Assembly: GCA_051362555.1 (NCBI GenBank)
Contig: CM120645.1
Location: forward strand, 22,134,001 to 22,198,000
Direction: 5' to 3'
Length of the DNA stretch: 64,000 nt
DNA from: Lingula anatina
Taxonomy: Eukaryota; Animalia; Brachiopoda
In this document: in pieces, positions 51,601 through 63,482 of the stretch
Layout: the number at the start of each line of letters is the position of its first letter
Position numbering within the stretch: position 1 is the stretch's first letter
The notes under the pieces: model-generated
The model's database searches: none
What the model saw: the letters and a program-made list of their open reading frames with translations, nothing else
What the model was told of the DNA's origin: nothing
Made by a program: the position numbers and the translations under genes

Positions 51601-54600
51601 ACAATACCTTCGCATGTGGGTAACTTTGTATTTGCCCAGGTGTGTGCCATGGTGCACATTACTGGAGAGTTGTTAGAAATCTTATATCCCCGGTCACAGA
51701 TATAACTGACTGTATCACCATAACAGAGTCCATCTTCTGTATCAGGATGCCCATTAAGAATGAAGCGAGCTTTTCCACAGCATTCTGGAATCGTAAATAT
51801 CAAAAACGTAGTCTTGCCTTAATTTGATTGCCTGTATTGATTAATTGCGACTTTATTGTACTCCGATGTCATACCCCTAAGACTACACAAAAACGAAAAG
51901 TAAATCCATGATAACCATTCGTACGCCATTTGGCCAGATATAGATATAGATATATACGTACTCTGACAAACTGGTTCCTCTCCCGTCAGCGTCCCGTTCG
52001 CCAGACATGTTCTTGTCAAACTGCCGCTGATTAACGTGTGTTCTGGTTTACAGAAGTACCGCACTTGATCGTTTTCTTTTAATGTATTGGTAGATAATAA
52101 TGATATTGTGGACCCCGAGACGGCGTGGACCTGGCACGCTGAAAGTGTGACTAATCAGAGTAAAGAGGGTGGCATATATCAAATAATATACACTGTACTC
52201 CAATAAGATATTTTAATAACAGTTGAGTCATTTTGACGTTAATACAGCTACTAAAACAGGTGCGTCATCATAGCACGTGTTAACATGGCAGAAACGGTAT
52301 AGCATTTACAAATACATTTTGCTCCATTTACTGAAACTTGATCAAAGTTATGTTTTACTTACTCGGGCAATGTCCCAAAGCGCACTGCTCCGACTCAGAT
52401 CCGGCATTAATAGGACAAGCCTTTCCTCCATGTTCAGGTTTGGGGTTGGTACATGATCTACGTCTTATCCTGGTCCCACCTCCACAGGACACCGTACACG
52501 ATGACCACGACCCCCAGGCCGCCCAACCACCGTCGACTGAAATGATGATGGCCAATTTTCAGGACAAACAATTAACATGTGCAGATTTCAAATTACCTGT
52601 TTGTAATCCGAGACTAATAATGAAATAACGCTTAGGTGTCGACATTTTTTTCCACATTACAAAATGGGGCAAAAAAACATTTACGTTGATAACACTCTAC
52701 CTGTTACTAAGTCCAAGTATTCCGTATATTTTGTGTTTTGGATGAAAGCCGGCAACCGTGCATAAAACAAAGATTGATTGGAATACGCACATTTAACATG
52801 CAATTTTTTGTTGAGTTTGTTTCTTTCTTTACCTGGACAATATTCACGGTTGCAAATGTTGGTTTGAATATTCTTTCCTTGGCAGTTCTTTCCGCCATTA
52901 CTTGGAGGTGGACTATTACACGCCCTGTGTCTTGTGCTGTTGCCTTGACCACAGGTTTTACTGCAAGCTGACCAATGTGTCCAGACACTCCAGACTGCGT
53001 CAACTAAAGGGACATTGTATATTATAATTATCGATCTTATGTTGCTTCTAGATATGTTTCTGAAAACTCAAATTGGAAGTAGAGCATAATTCTGTAATGT
53101 ACTAGCATAAAAACATTTTCAGGTCTGAACTAAGTACTTTATGTCCATTAGTCCATGTTTTTGTTTTATGTGCTTTATATTACGTTTGCAATTTCACATA
53201 AACCTTGTCAGTCCAGAGGACCTGCGATATCAAAAACCTTACAGGTCTTCTAACATTTCAAGTGCTCATGAACTGCCGGGCAAGTAGTACCCCTTTGTAT
53301 GTAGTTTTGATAATATTTTAACAACCCAAGGTTTAATCTTATTTTCTCAACCAATCAATAAATGCTGGTCGGTGTACCATTTTTCGAATGTGGACTTGTT
53401 AATTCAATACCTGGACAAGGTCCGTCATTGCACGACTTTGTCTTAGTACTAGAACCAGAGCAGCCATTGCTGCCGTATTGTGCAGATGGGTGGCCACATT
53501 GTCTTGTTCTTGTCTGGCTTCCTTGGCCGCAAGGAGCACTGCAGCTTGACCAGTCACTCCACGTGCCCCATGAAACATGTGATGATGTATGGCCTTTGAA
53601 AATACCAAAATTTAGACATTAACAATAATATGACTGTTACTGGTTGAAAGACGGTTAATTCCTCTACAATATACACAATATACTACAATATAACACAGTA
53701 GAAAACGACTGACAAGGATCATAACAATAGCTTTATAATATTCTTTCTTTTACGTATAAATGATACTTTCTGAAGCGACCATCTACCCCATGTAGAATTG
53801 AAAAACCTAAGCAGACTATTAAGGTAATTAAGTGTGTGTCCACGAGAAAACCAACCCAAATGTAGAAAATGCGGCAAGGTGGGGGTGAACGGATTTACAT
53901 CATATTTGGTGTGTTTGAACCTTTATATGAACAATATCTGAGGCTGCAATATTTCCTGAAAAAAATCCCTACTTACAGAGATATGGCCAGTGACAATTTG
54001 GGGGTATAATCAACCAAAAATTCTTCTGAAAAACAGGGTTATATTGATTGGCCTTAAAGTTTATACAGGTGTCACTGAGTGACTTAGTTTGGTGATATAT
54101 TATAACCTAAAGATAGGGGATTAAAATGATATACACTTTTTTCACTCTCTTTGTTTCCATGGTAACAAACCAAGCGTTTTTCTCCGGCCTACAAACCACA
54201 TGCTTTTAACACCCCCCTTCTATTTTTGACAATATCTTCATCTTCACAGGTCTTTGGGGTAAAGCTTGTTCAGGACTAACAGATAACTCATTAATCTATT
54301 TATACATGAAATCAAAACTTACTGCTGTTCTACAACTTGTCCGTTGTAACAGATAGAACATGACCTAATTTCTTCATTTTTCGTCAATCTATCCGGACAT
54401 GTATATCGGTGCAGTCAACTTCAGCTATCTCTTTCAAGTCAACAAATGGTTTAAAACACTGTTAGTTGAACTTTTTTATTTTCATTTTACCTATTTATAT
54501 TTTTTTCTGGTTAAAACAAGCATCTAACACATTTTAAAATCATGTGAAACTAATGTACTAACGTCAGAACAACACAACGTCATTATCCAACATGGCGGAA

Positions 54601-57600
54601 ATAGCAGACTGTTTCTTTGCACATCTTTCTCAACGAAGTCGTGTATCATGTGGTTTATACTCTGTGTACAGATATAAAAAAGCATGTAGTGTATTGAAAA
54701 ATTGCAACAGAGATATTAACAGTCATCTTCGTCGCGTTTACGTGGAGCAAAACAGCGTGAGTTACGAAAGCAAACTGATTCTTGTCAGGTGTGGATTATT
54801 TTGTCTCCGATGATCGCAATTGGACATTTCCAAGTATCTTTGGGAGAATGAATGGGTTACACCATGTGACCAGCACTGGGATATGGGCTTGGTTTGTGCT
54901 GGAAACCATCCACACAGGGAAAAACGAGCCTATAACGAAATATGTCATGGGATTAACTTGCAGATGTCAGTGTAGACAAAAAGCCATTTGAATATACTGG
55001 TGCCACTTGGTTCAGGTAAGAAACCGGTGTGTTTGTATTTTAATACAGACTAAAAGCCAGAAAAAAAAAGTTCACTCAGAAAAATGATCTAGGTGTAATT
55101 GTACCACCAGCGTTAGCGCTGGCGGTACACATGGTTTCGGTCCCGTCCGGATCGTTCCGCCGGCTCCGCCGGCTCCGTTGGCTCCGCCGGCTCCGCCGGC
55201 TCCGCCGGACGGCTACCGTTACCGCTTCTCCTCCTAGACGGTAAGGGCCCCCGTACCCATCTCATGGATTTAGGTCACCTATAATCTCAACTCGTTCCAC
55301 GTAAAATTTGGGCTTTGTCGGTATTGGGGTCTGGGTGTGGCACTCATTGCAATGCACCCTTGTCTAAAAATGGCAAAATTAAATGCTAATTATCTACCCT
55401 ACGGAAGGAGTTATGGGAAAAATTTCTATAGACGGCTTTCCAAAAGTCATATGTGTAGATTTCAAATATACCCTTGGATTTGACCTTTGACCTTTACTTC
55501 AAGGTCAAATGGGCCAAAATTTTCAAAAAAATTAAATTTTTTACGAAAAAAAATTTTTTTGCCCTGTTATTCAGACACCACACAGACTTAACCAATAATA
55601 TTATTGGAAGGTGTTACCCTTCAGGTCATCTTTCATCTCCATGAATTTGGGGTCAATCGGTGCATTTTCACGGGAGTAGCGGCCATAAGATACCGAAACT
55701 GAAAACTGTCTCTAATTCGGGAACCGTTAATGCTAGAGACCCATTCTTTTTTGCATTTTGTAGAGCATGTAAAGCCCAACACTGGAGGTGGTCTCGGTTT
55801 TTTTGTATTCCATACGGTTTTCGAGTTACGCTGTATCAAAAAGTACATATTGGTGGTAAAAGCAAAATGTGCAGTACGGTAATGGATAATAAATTTTGAA
55901 CTCTGGAAAAATAAAACATAAGGCTTGGCAAAGCAGACAACTTGTGTTCAAAAATGACATTATTTCATCAAATTTGAACTTCTGAAACTTCAGAGCACCT
56001 CCTATTTCAAGAATTTTGACCAAAATGACATTTTCTTTATTTTAATTAATTTTTTCTGTACGAAATTTAAGGCACATTATGGTAACTCCAAAATTATAAC
56101 ATTTAGTCCCTTATATCTCCAAAACTGGCAGAGATAGGTCCATAGTTACTATTGAAGTTGAATAGGAAGTCATATACTGGCAATCTTACTATGACCTTGA
56201 AAGTGACCTTTGACCTACTTTTCACCATGAACTGAACTTTGCAAATTTTTCTTCCCTTTTATCTCTAAAACTGGCAGAGATAGGTCCATAGTTACTATTG
56301 AAGTTGAATAGGAAGTCATATACTGGCAATCTTACTATGACCTTGAAAGTGACCTTTGACCTACTTTTCACCATGAACTGAACTTTGCAAATTTTTCTTC
56401 CCTTTTATCTCCAAAACTGGCAGAGATAGGTCCATAGTTACTATTGAAGTTGAATAGGAAGTCATATACTGGCAATCTTACTATGACCTTGAAAGTGACC
56501 TTTGACCTACTTTTCACCATGAACTGAACTTTGCAAATTTTTCTTCCCTTTTATCTCCAAAACTGGCAGAGATAGGTCCATAGTTACTATTGAACTTGAA
56601 TAGGAAGTCATATACTGGCAATCTAAATGTGACCTTAAAATTGACCTTTGACCTACTTTTCACCATAAACTGAACTTTGCAAAATTTGCTTCCCTTTTAT
56701 CTCCAAAACTGGCAGAGATAGGTCCATAGTTACTATTGAACTTGAATAGGAAGTCATATACTGGCAATCTAAATGTGACCTTAAAATTGACCTTTGACCT
56801 ACTTTACACCATGAACTGAATTTTGCAAATTTTGCTTTCCTTTTATCTCCAAAACTGGCTGAGATAGGTCCGTAGTTACTATTGAACTTGAATAGGAAGT
56901 CATATACTGGCAATCTAAATGTGACCTCAAAATTGACCTTTGACCTACTTTTCACCATAAACTGAACTTTGCAAATTTTGCTTCCCTTTTATCTCCAAAA
57001 CTGGCAGAGATAGGTCCATAGTTACTATTGAACTTGAATAGGAAGTCATATACTGGCAATCTAAATGTGACCTTGAAATTGACCTTTGACCTACTTTTCA
57101 CCATGAACTGAATTTTGCAAATTTTGCTTCCCTTTTATCTCCAAAACTGGCTGAGATAGGTCCATAGTTACTATTGAACTTGAATAGGAAGTCATATACT
57201 GGCAATCTAAATGTGACCTTGAAATTGACCTTTGACCTACTTTTCACCATGAACTGAACTTTGCAAATTTTGCTTTCCTTTTATCTCCAAAACTGGCAGA
57301 GATAGGTCCATAGTTACTATTGAACTTGAAAAGGAAGTCATATACTGGCAATCTTAACGTGACCTTAAAATTGACCTTTGACCTACTTTTTATCATGAAC
57401 TGAACTCTGCTAATTTCTTTCTCTTTTAACTTCAAACTTGACAGAGATAGGTCCATAGTTACTCTTGAACTTGAATAGGAAGTCATATACTGGCAATTTA
57501 CTGTGACCTTGAAATTGACCCTTGACCTACCTTACGAAGAACTTAAATTTGATTGTACCATATATATTTTTTGCAATAGTTTAAAAATTCTTGTTGATTG

Positions 57601-60600
57601 CATTTTTACAGCTTGTCAAGCACAAAACTGGTGGCTATGTCCCTTATTTTGTGTATGTGGGGGTCTATACGAATGCGCTTGCTCCAGCTGGTGGTACAAT
57701 ATTCGGAGGCGGTATCGCCTCTCTGATCCTCTAGTTTTTTAATGGTAAACGGTCCATTTTTAAAAAAGAAAAATGCCCCCTTTCAAATAATGAAATTGCA
57801 GCCTAAGGACCTGTGATAATTTTCTTTTAAGCTATCTTTGTGTGGGTATTTATGTAGGTTTAATGTATTTGGGTAAAATAAATTTAAGGGTAACAATTGG
57901 AATTATATTGAAGCTATGGCTGGTCTTGGCAAAATTGCTAGGCTCCTCATAATTAATATTCGAAACCATGCCTTACTTATAAAACATGGACAAATGGGAT
58001 AATAATTTATTTTTCATCAATGTATCAATTAACTTTCAGATAAGTGTTTGTATGTGTCTATATTAAGCTATATTTATATTTCAGGCATATTTGAGAAGTG
58101 TTATTTGACACACAGTGATCTTATGGTCAGCAAGAGTCCAAAGCCTTGCAGAAACTGAAACTAGTGTGGAAATGACGGCTGTTGTAGAAAGGCATATGTG
58201 TAAATGAAAGCCACAATATAACAAATGCCGAGGAGATGCATGAGGCCCTAGTTTCTGCAGTTGGAGCCATTTTCTACATCCAGCTAGACAGACATCTTCC
58301 AAACCTGCGTGGACTGGAGTGTCCAATTACAACAGTTTAACTTTCTTGATTCCTACAACATGAGAAAAGGTGTCTCCCTTCCTTGAGCAGTTTTAACATG
58401 AGTGATACTGATGTTAAAGTTAATTTGGATTTTTCTGAGGCAAATGTGCCAACTGGAACCATACCAAGCAAGATCACAAACAAGGAAATTTTTCTTGTCC
58501 AGAGAAGTCTTCTCTGAAATCTTTTGCTACCAAGACTGAAGAGTAATTGTAAGGTCCTTTTTTTAGACCACAGTTATGAAATGTGCCAAAAAAACAGCTT
58601 TTGATCAAATTAAAGTCTAGTGGGCCAACAATCTGACTAAAGAAAAACTTAAAGCACATCAGCTGTGAGAGAACTCCACCCTCTTGAATATCTCACTGAG
58701 TTACACAATGGATGAGCTTTAAAGTCATCTAAACCTTTGAAACTATATTCAAATAAAGTAAAGGAGTTTTACTGAATGAGTTTAGAAGGGCACAAGAAAC
58801 AGGCCAGCAGAACCTAGCATTTGTGAGCATGAAGATGAGATTGAAATGTCAGTAAGGAGGGTTACAGACTAATCAGGAAGAAAAATGTATTAAAAACTTT
58901 GATGTTATGAGCTGTAATGTTTGATATAAAACTGCAAAGATGTTTCATAACACCAGGATATATTTTGCAGTTGTGTTAGTTTTGCTTTTTGAATAGAAAA
59001 TTATCTTGTTTTGCTACATTATGATATAGTTTGTAATGATCACAACTAATGTTGCACTGCTTTGCATGTATTGCTGTATAACAATTTTGTGATTTTTTTA
59101 TTATTTGTAATTATTCATCTGAGACAACAATAAACTAAATTGAATAATTTTTTAGTTACTGTATGCTCATAAATAGTCACCAAAAAGTGGTGTGGATGAT
59201 TAAAAAAACCTTTTGATAATTAAAAAAGATTTGTTCTGGCTTTGCTCTCATAAATACTATGGCATATCCTGATCTCTATATGATAAATATTGCACCAAAA
59301 AGAAATCGCTACAAAACTAAGATTTTAATTTGTATTCACCAAATTGATGATATTAAAAATATATATATATATTAAAATTATCATGTAAACTCTCAAGTTA
59401 ATTGCCAGTGCCTATCCAAAGTAACAGAATCTAAGATTTATTTCCTCTAAACTTTTTGTCCATACAAATTAAAAAGTCCATATATGGCAATTTACAAATA
59501 TGAAGCCCAGTGACCTTGACCTATGACCCACTGACCTGATAATCATTAGTACACATCCACTTTCCATGCTCACCAGCCCTATTGATTTAGTAACATTATT
59601 GTAGAGCAAAATGGTTTAATATATTAATCAAACCCATTGTCTACATAGACTTGGAATGAATCCACCATGATTTTTTGCCTTAAAAATGGCCAACTTTGGG
59701 GGTATTTTTCAGTACCTGTTTTTATACAGCAGTAACTTTTGAAACTTGATTTGGAGTGATCCATATCTGCCTAAAATATTCATGCAGTTTTATAGCTGTA
59801 AACCCTGTGAAGATGGAGATATATGCAATTAAAGATGGTAGTATCAAAATTGGACTTTGGGGGGAGGGGTGTTATAAATGGGTGTGGCTCGCCCAAGCAG
59901 GGTCTTATCTGAATTCTACATATATCTGTGGCAAGCCAAATGATTGTTTTTAATGTTTGTAAGGTCTAATATTTTTTAGTTTTCTCCATTTTTGTTTAAT
60001 TTACACAAAATATATCATTATTTTTCCAAGGTAAAAATGGAGTCTCAAAGAGGCTACATAAGCCATGACTTATAATAGGCTATAATTCTCTGAAGAAAGG
60101 ATATTTTTGGGATTCCTTCCTAACTCATGAATAACTTCCTAATATGCCTCCATACAACAAATTTGGTTGAAATCCGCTGACCCCCACCTTGCCACCCTGG
60201 GCTGGTTCTCTCGTGGACGAGCTCTTAACACATTCAATGAACAAAAACTGTCGCTGTGTACCTTTACCGTCACATTTTTCCTTGCACGGTTCTGTTTCAG
60301 AATTTTCTCCAGGACAATCCTTTCCTCCAAAACGTGTCGGGGGCTTGTTGCACTCTCTGTGTCTTGTTTTATTTCCACTGCACGAAGTACAATTAGACCA
60401 ACTACCCCATTCTCCCCATTGCCCATCGACTGAAAAAAAATAATAAACACGATGCACATCTCATATGTAGGGGAACGGGTTTGTAATTGTCAGTTATTTA
60501 AGCACAAAATGGATTCGTCAGAAATGTAACTACATATATTCCATGGTCACCAGCCCTTTTACTTCTCATCTGACATCAAATATGTTTTGACTCTATGGGT

Positions 60601-61832
60601 TATCCAAATAACACTACAGTTTTTCCATACCTCCTTTGTATTCGCAAATATAAGGTATCTCTTGGTTACATTTGACGTCAATCATCCCGTACACCCATCT
60701 GCTGGTCGTTGTCGAAGTTATGCGGGAACGACCAGTTTGTGTATATCTATATGTGGTTGTGACCTTATTACGCTGCCGGTATGCCATACATTTCTGGGTG
60801 TAAGTTACACCAGATTCCCAGATAAATGGGTTAACAGTTTTATTTGTACTTCTCCAAGTCCAATGATATTGCTCCTCTTGACGGCCATTTACCCAAAGTG
60901 TAATTTCGCGCACCCCTGAAAATAGTAGTTTGTTGGTAAATCAAGTTTTATATAATAATAAACTATTTAGATCCGCCACTCATCTTGGTTTACCTTCATC
61001 CTATAGCGAGTTGGAATAAAAATGATTAAGCCAGGAATAGTTCACGGGTGTACACGTACCAATACTAATACAAAATACAGGTGGTCATATCCAAATTTTC
61101 AAAGCAAAAACATACCCTTGAAGCTTGTAACCCAAAGTGATTTCCACAGAGGTAAAAAAAAGTACATATAAAACTGAAAAAACAAGGTCAAATCTACCCG
61201 AAATTAGGATCAGAATGTTCACCTTAAAGCAATTCAATTTTTATCGCTCATTTTGATACCTTACCATGTGCCTCCAGATACAATCTAAGGGAATTAAATT
61301 TTTCCATAGTATCAAAAGCTCCAAGGTCACAGTTGTCATTTCCACACGTCTTTTTCCCATCGCTCCATGATTTCTTGTTTATAGTAGGGAGATTGAGACA
61401 CATTCCAGCGACGAGTTGATAGTTTGCTTTATTGCAATCATTGTCACCTGGAATAAAGTGTACATTATACGGAATAATATGGTTGCCAGTGAAAGCAATG
61501 ATACATTTAGATAAACATACATATACGTTAACAGGGGCGAATCCAGGATTATTTGAAGGGGGGAGCGGAACGCCAGGCCCCGGATGCGACACCGACCATA
61601 GCCCACCTCGGTGTGGGGCTCGAGCCCTGCTAAACGGCCCAAAAAATTTGGTGTTTTGGAGAGCAAACAGTGCCCTTTGGTAGGGTTTAGAACAATGATT
61701 TAGCTTGCCAAATTCTTATTTCAAAAGGGGAATATTGATGTGATGCATTTTTCAGAAACCGAACTGACCCCGCCCTCAAAATCCGCCATTGCATTTAGAC
61801 ATGTATATATGCACTGCAATATCGATGGACTG

Positions 61833-61880
<48 letters not shown>

Positions 61881-63482
61881 TACCAGTTTTAACCAACGGT
61901 CATTGGGCACTTCTTACAATCTTATTACCTAAACAAACTCCCCATTTGCGATCTGTGTCATAGTTAGGAGATGTAGCACACCAGGGTTTGTCATGTCCAT
62001 CGCTGGTGCAAGCTGTGTATAATCTTCCTTTATATCTAAAAGGTACGACACAAGGAGCACCATCGCTGGTCCCACCAGTTGTCTTAGCAACAGAACCTAA
62101 AAAACAGGATAAGCTTGAACATGAGGTGGCTCATCTTCCGAAAACTTGCATCGACAAAGTTGCTAAACTTCAATGAAAATATTAGTTTCCCTCTCCAAAT
62201 GGAATTACTACTTCATAAAAATGTATTTCACTTGACATACCTGGCGTTAAAAATGCATACTGTACACGCAGTCAACATCTACTTTTCATGTAACACACGT
62301 ATAATATATATATCTTAGGATTTGCAATACAATTTCATGCACATTTATGTAAATAAAAGTTCCGTTTTAATTTCCCTTTTTCCCCCAAACAAATTTTACC
62401 TAGACAAATCCCCCACTGTCCGTCCTTGTCATAACTATCTGTTGTTGCACACCAAGGATGATGATAGTTGTCTGTAATACAGGTAGTTTTACTGTTTCCC
62501 CGGTACGTGAATGGAAACTGACACACCTTGCCATTGGCATTCCCACCAAATGTTTTGATCTTATCTGGAACATATCCAAACAAACAAAGTACATCAAGAA
62601 CAAAAACGTTTACAAACAGCCTACTACTAAAGTTGTAGAGGCAAAATCATGAGACCCAGGGAAAGGTGGTGGAAAGGTGTCAATTATATCATGTGGAAAT
62701 TTCAAAACTGTGGCTCTTTGGCCACCATGGCCAACCACCTCCATGTGACGATATGGAAGCACGCGTACAAAATATCAGAAACTTCTTCCAGTCCATTACT
62801 TCTCAGCTAGACCCCCTCAGATGAGATAGACTTTCTTGCTGTTGGCATTCTTTCACAGTAATAACTCACAGTTAAACAGGAGGAAAGATCTTCTTTTAAC
62901 GTAAGTAAGTTTTCAGGCTCTGATAACATACCAAATTCGATACTTTAAGACTTTACTGAAATTCTCGGTGCTCTGATATGTGCAATCTGGAACAATGCTG
63001 TCAAAGAAAGTTACCAACAATTTGGAATTGTGGCAATGTAGTGCCACTACCCAAATGTAAAACAGCAGTGGAGGACAGTTTACCAGTGTAGAAAATGACT
63101 TAAGGACTGTATCCCTAACAATTAACCTAAGCAAGGAGTTGGAAGCATTCATTTTCACATGGCTGTGGAATATATTAGGCCCACATATTAAGTAAGACCA
63201 GTTTGGCAACATAACACAAAATCATCTGAATAATCATCTTCTTATAACCGTACATACCCATTTTTATTTCACAAATAAAAGGATTTTTCTCGGTACAACT
63301 CGCGTCATTGAGTCCTCCTTCACCCTTTTGTATGAATTGCATGCATCCTTCTGGTCCTCTGTGGTCATTTGGTTCGCCAGGAAGCCAAAGATTTCGGTCC
63401 ACTGTTCCACCCGTGCTGTTCCAATACCAACTTCCCGTCTCAGGGCGGAGTTCGAATGCATCTACCCAGAAATTGCCGAATC
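46895..63482 (-). CDS. Gene C (5'-partial, >1200 aa): CTL(EPN) - 2 fibronectin type II - CTL - 4 TSP1 - 2 CCP - Sushi-like - unassigned region - GCC2/GCC3 - EGF - 2 cbEGF - CTL
   Basis: 21 exons on the minus strand: 63482-63258, 62564-62400, 62096-61929, 61447-61265, 60915-60631, 60429-60268, 53593-53411, 53003-52833, 52536-52363, 52138-51962, 51784-51608, 51361-51137, 51007-50856, 50639-50470, 49939-49785, 49543-49382, 49064-48960, 48809-48699, 48096-47983, 47709-47515, 47094-46895. Phases are compatible throughout. Linking the 60-63 kb head exons to the 47-53 kb body is inferred from strand, phase 1-1 and the absence of a stop or start between them. Confidence 0.85.
47909..47989 (-). repeat. 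3 x 27-bp tandem repeat spanning a splice donor of gene C
   Basis: Units 47989-47963, 47962-47936 and 47935-47909, each C(A/G)TTGTG|GTAGGTGT..TGG(T/C)GG. Confidence 0.85.
48337..48605 (+). mobile_element. Penelope-like relic: 31-bp inverted repeat around a degenerate minimal hammerhead motif, between (TA)n tracts
   Basis: IR 48391-48421 / 48466-48496. The loop contains cccc-CTGAAGA-aagaaa-GAAA-ccgg-TC-gggg. Confidence 0.55.
55098..57737 (+). mobile_element. Helentron-associated non-autonomous element (HINE/DINE-1-like) nested in the Sola3-like element
   Basis: Subterminal IR attgtaccaccagc (55098-55111), partial IR gctggcggtaca, (gctccgccg)n microsatellite, central tandem array, 3' IR gctggtggtacaat (57687-57700), hairpin gaggcg-gtat-cgcctc, end ctag plus T-run. 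Confidence 0.8.
56114..57530 (+). repeat. Tandem array, ~9.7 copies of a 146-bp unit
   Basis: atctccaaaactggcagagataggtccatag recurs at 56115, 56261, 56407, 56553, 56699, 56845, 56991, 57137, 57283 and (degenerate) 57429. Confidence 0.95.
61532..61791. mobile_element. MITE (family of 5675-5933 and 8228-8496)
   Basis: caggggcgaatccaggattatttgaaggg ... aaatccgccattg. TSD not preserved. Confidence 0.7.
61929..62564 (-). CDS. Two fibronectin type II domain exons of gene C
   Basis: [38 protein letters not shown] (62564-62400) and [47 protein letters not shown] (62096-61929) match the FN2 consensus C-x-FPF-x-Y..C..WC-x-T-x-x-YD-x-D-x-x-WG-x-C. Confidence 0.9.
62610..63235 (+). mobile_element. Degenerate LINE reverse-transcriptase fragment (CR1/L2 group)
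   Basis: [64 protein letters not shown], matching RT motifs K-x-x-GPD, W-K-x-x-x-VVPLPK, LRPISLT and QFGF. Confidence 0.75.

Larger units (their letters stand above)
53832..60224 (+). mobile_element. Degenerate Sola3-like DNA transposon filling the largest intron of gene C
   Basis: TTAA on both flanks (53828-53831, 60225-60228). Imperfect TIRs gtccacgagaaaaccaaccc..ggcaaggtgggggtgaacggattt / aaatccgctgacccccaccttgcc..gggctggttctctcgtggac, with right terminus CTC. Decayed transposase-like pieces at about 54590-55020 and 58080-58860. The superfamily assignment is tentative. Confidence 0.65.

Noticed and set aside
56653-57486. ORFs 56653-56958 and 57244-57486 with repeated peptides
   Set aside because: They are translations of the 146-bp satellite; 146 is not a multiple of 3, so the frames shift every unit.
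56114-57530. Regular repeat array as a possible CRISPR
   Set aside because: The units are contiguous 146-bp near-identical copies with no unique spacers, there are no cas genes, and the context is eukaryotic.
63020-63062. [13 protein letters not shown] resembling the end of a Sushi exon
   Set aside because: It is on the opposite strand to gene C and is embedded in LINE RT motifs (VVPLPK..LRTVSLT..QFG).
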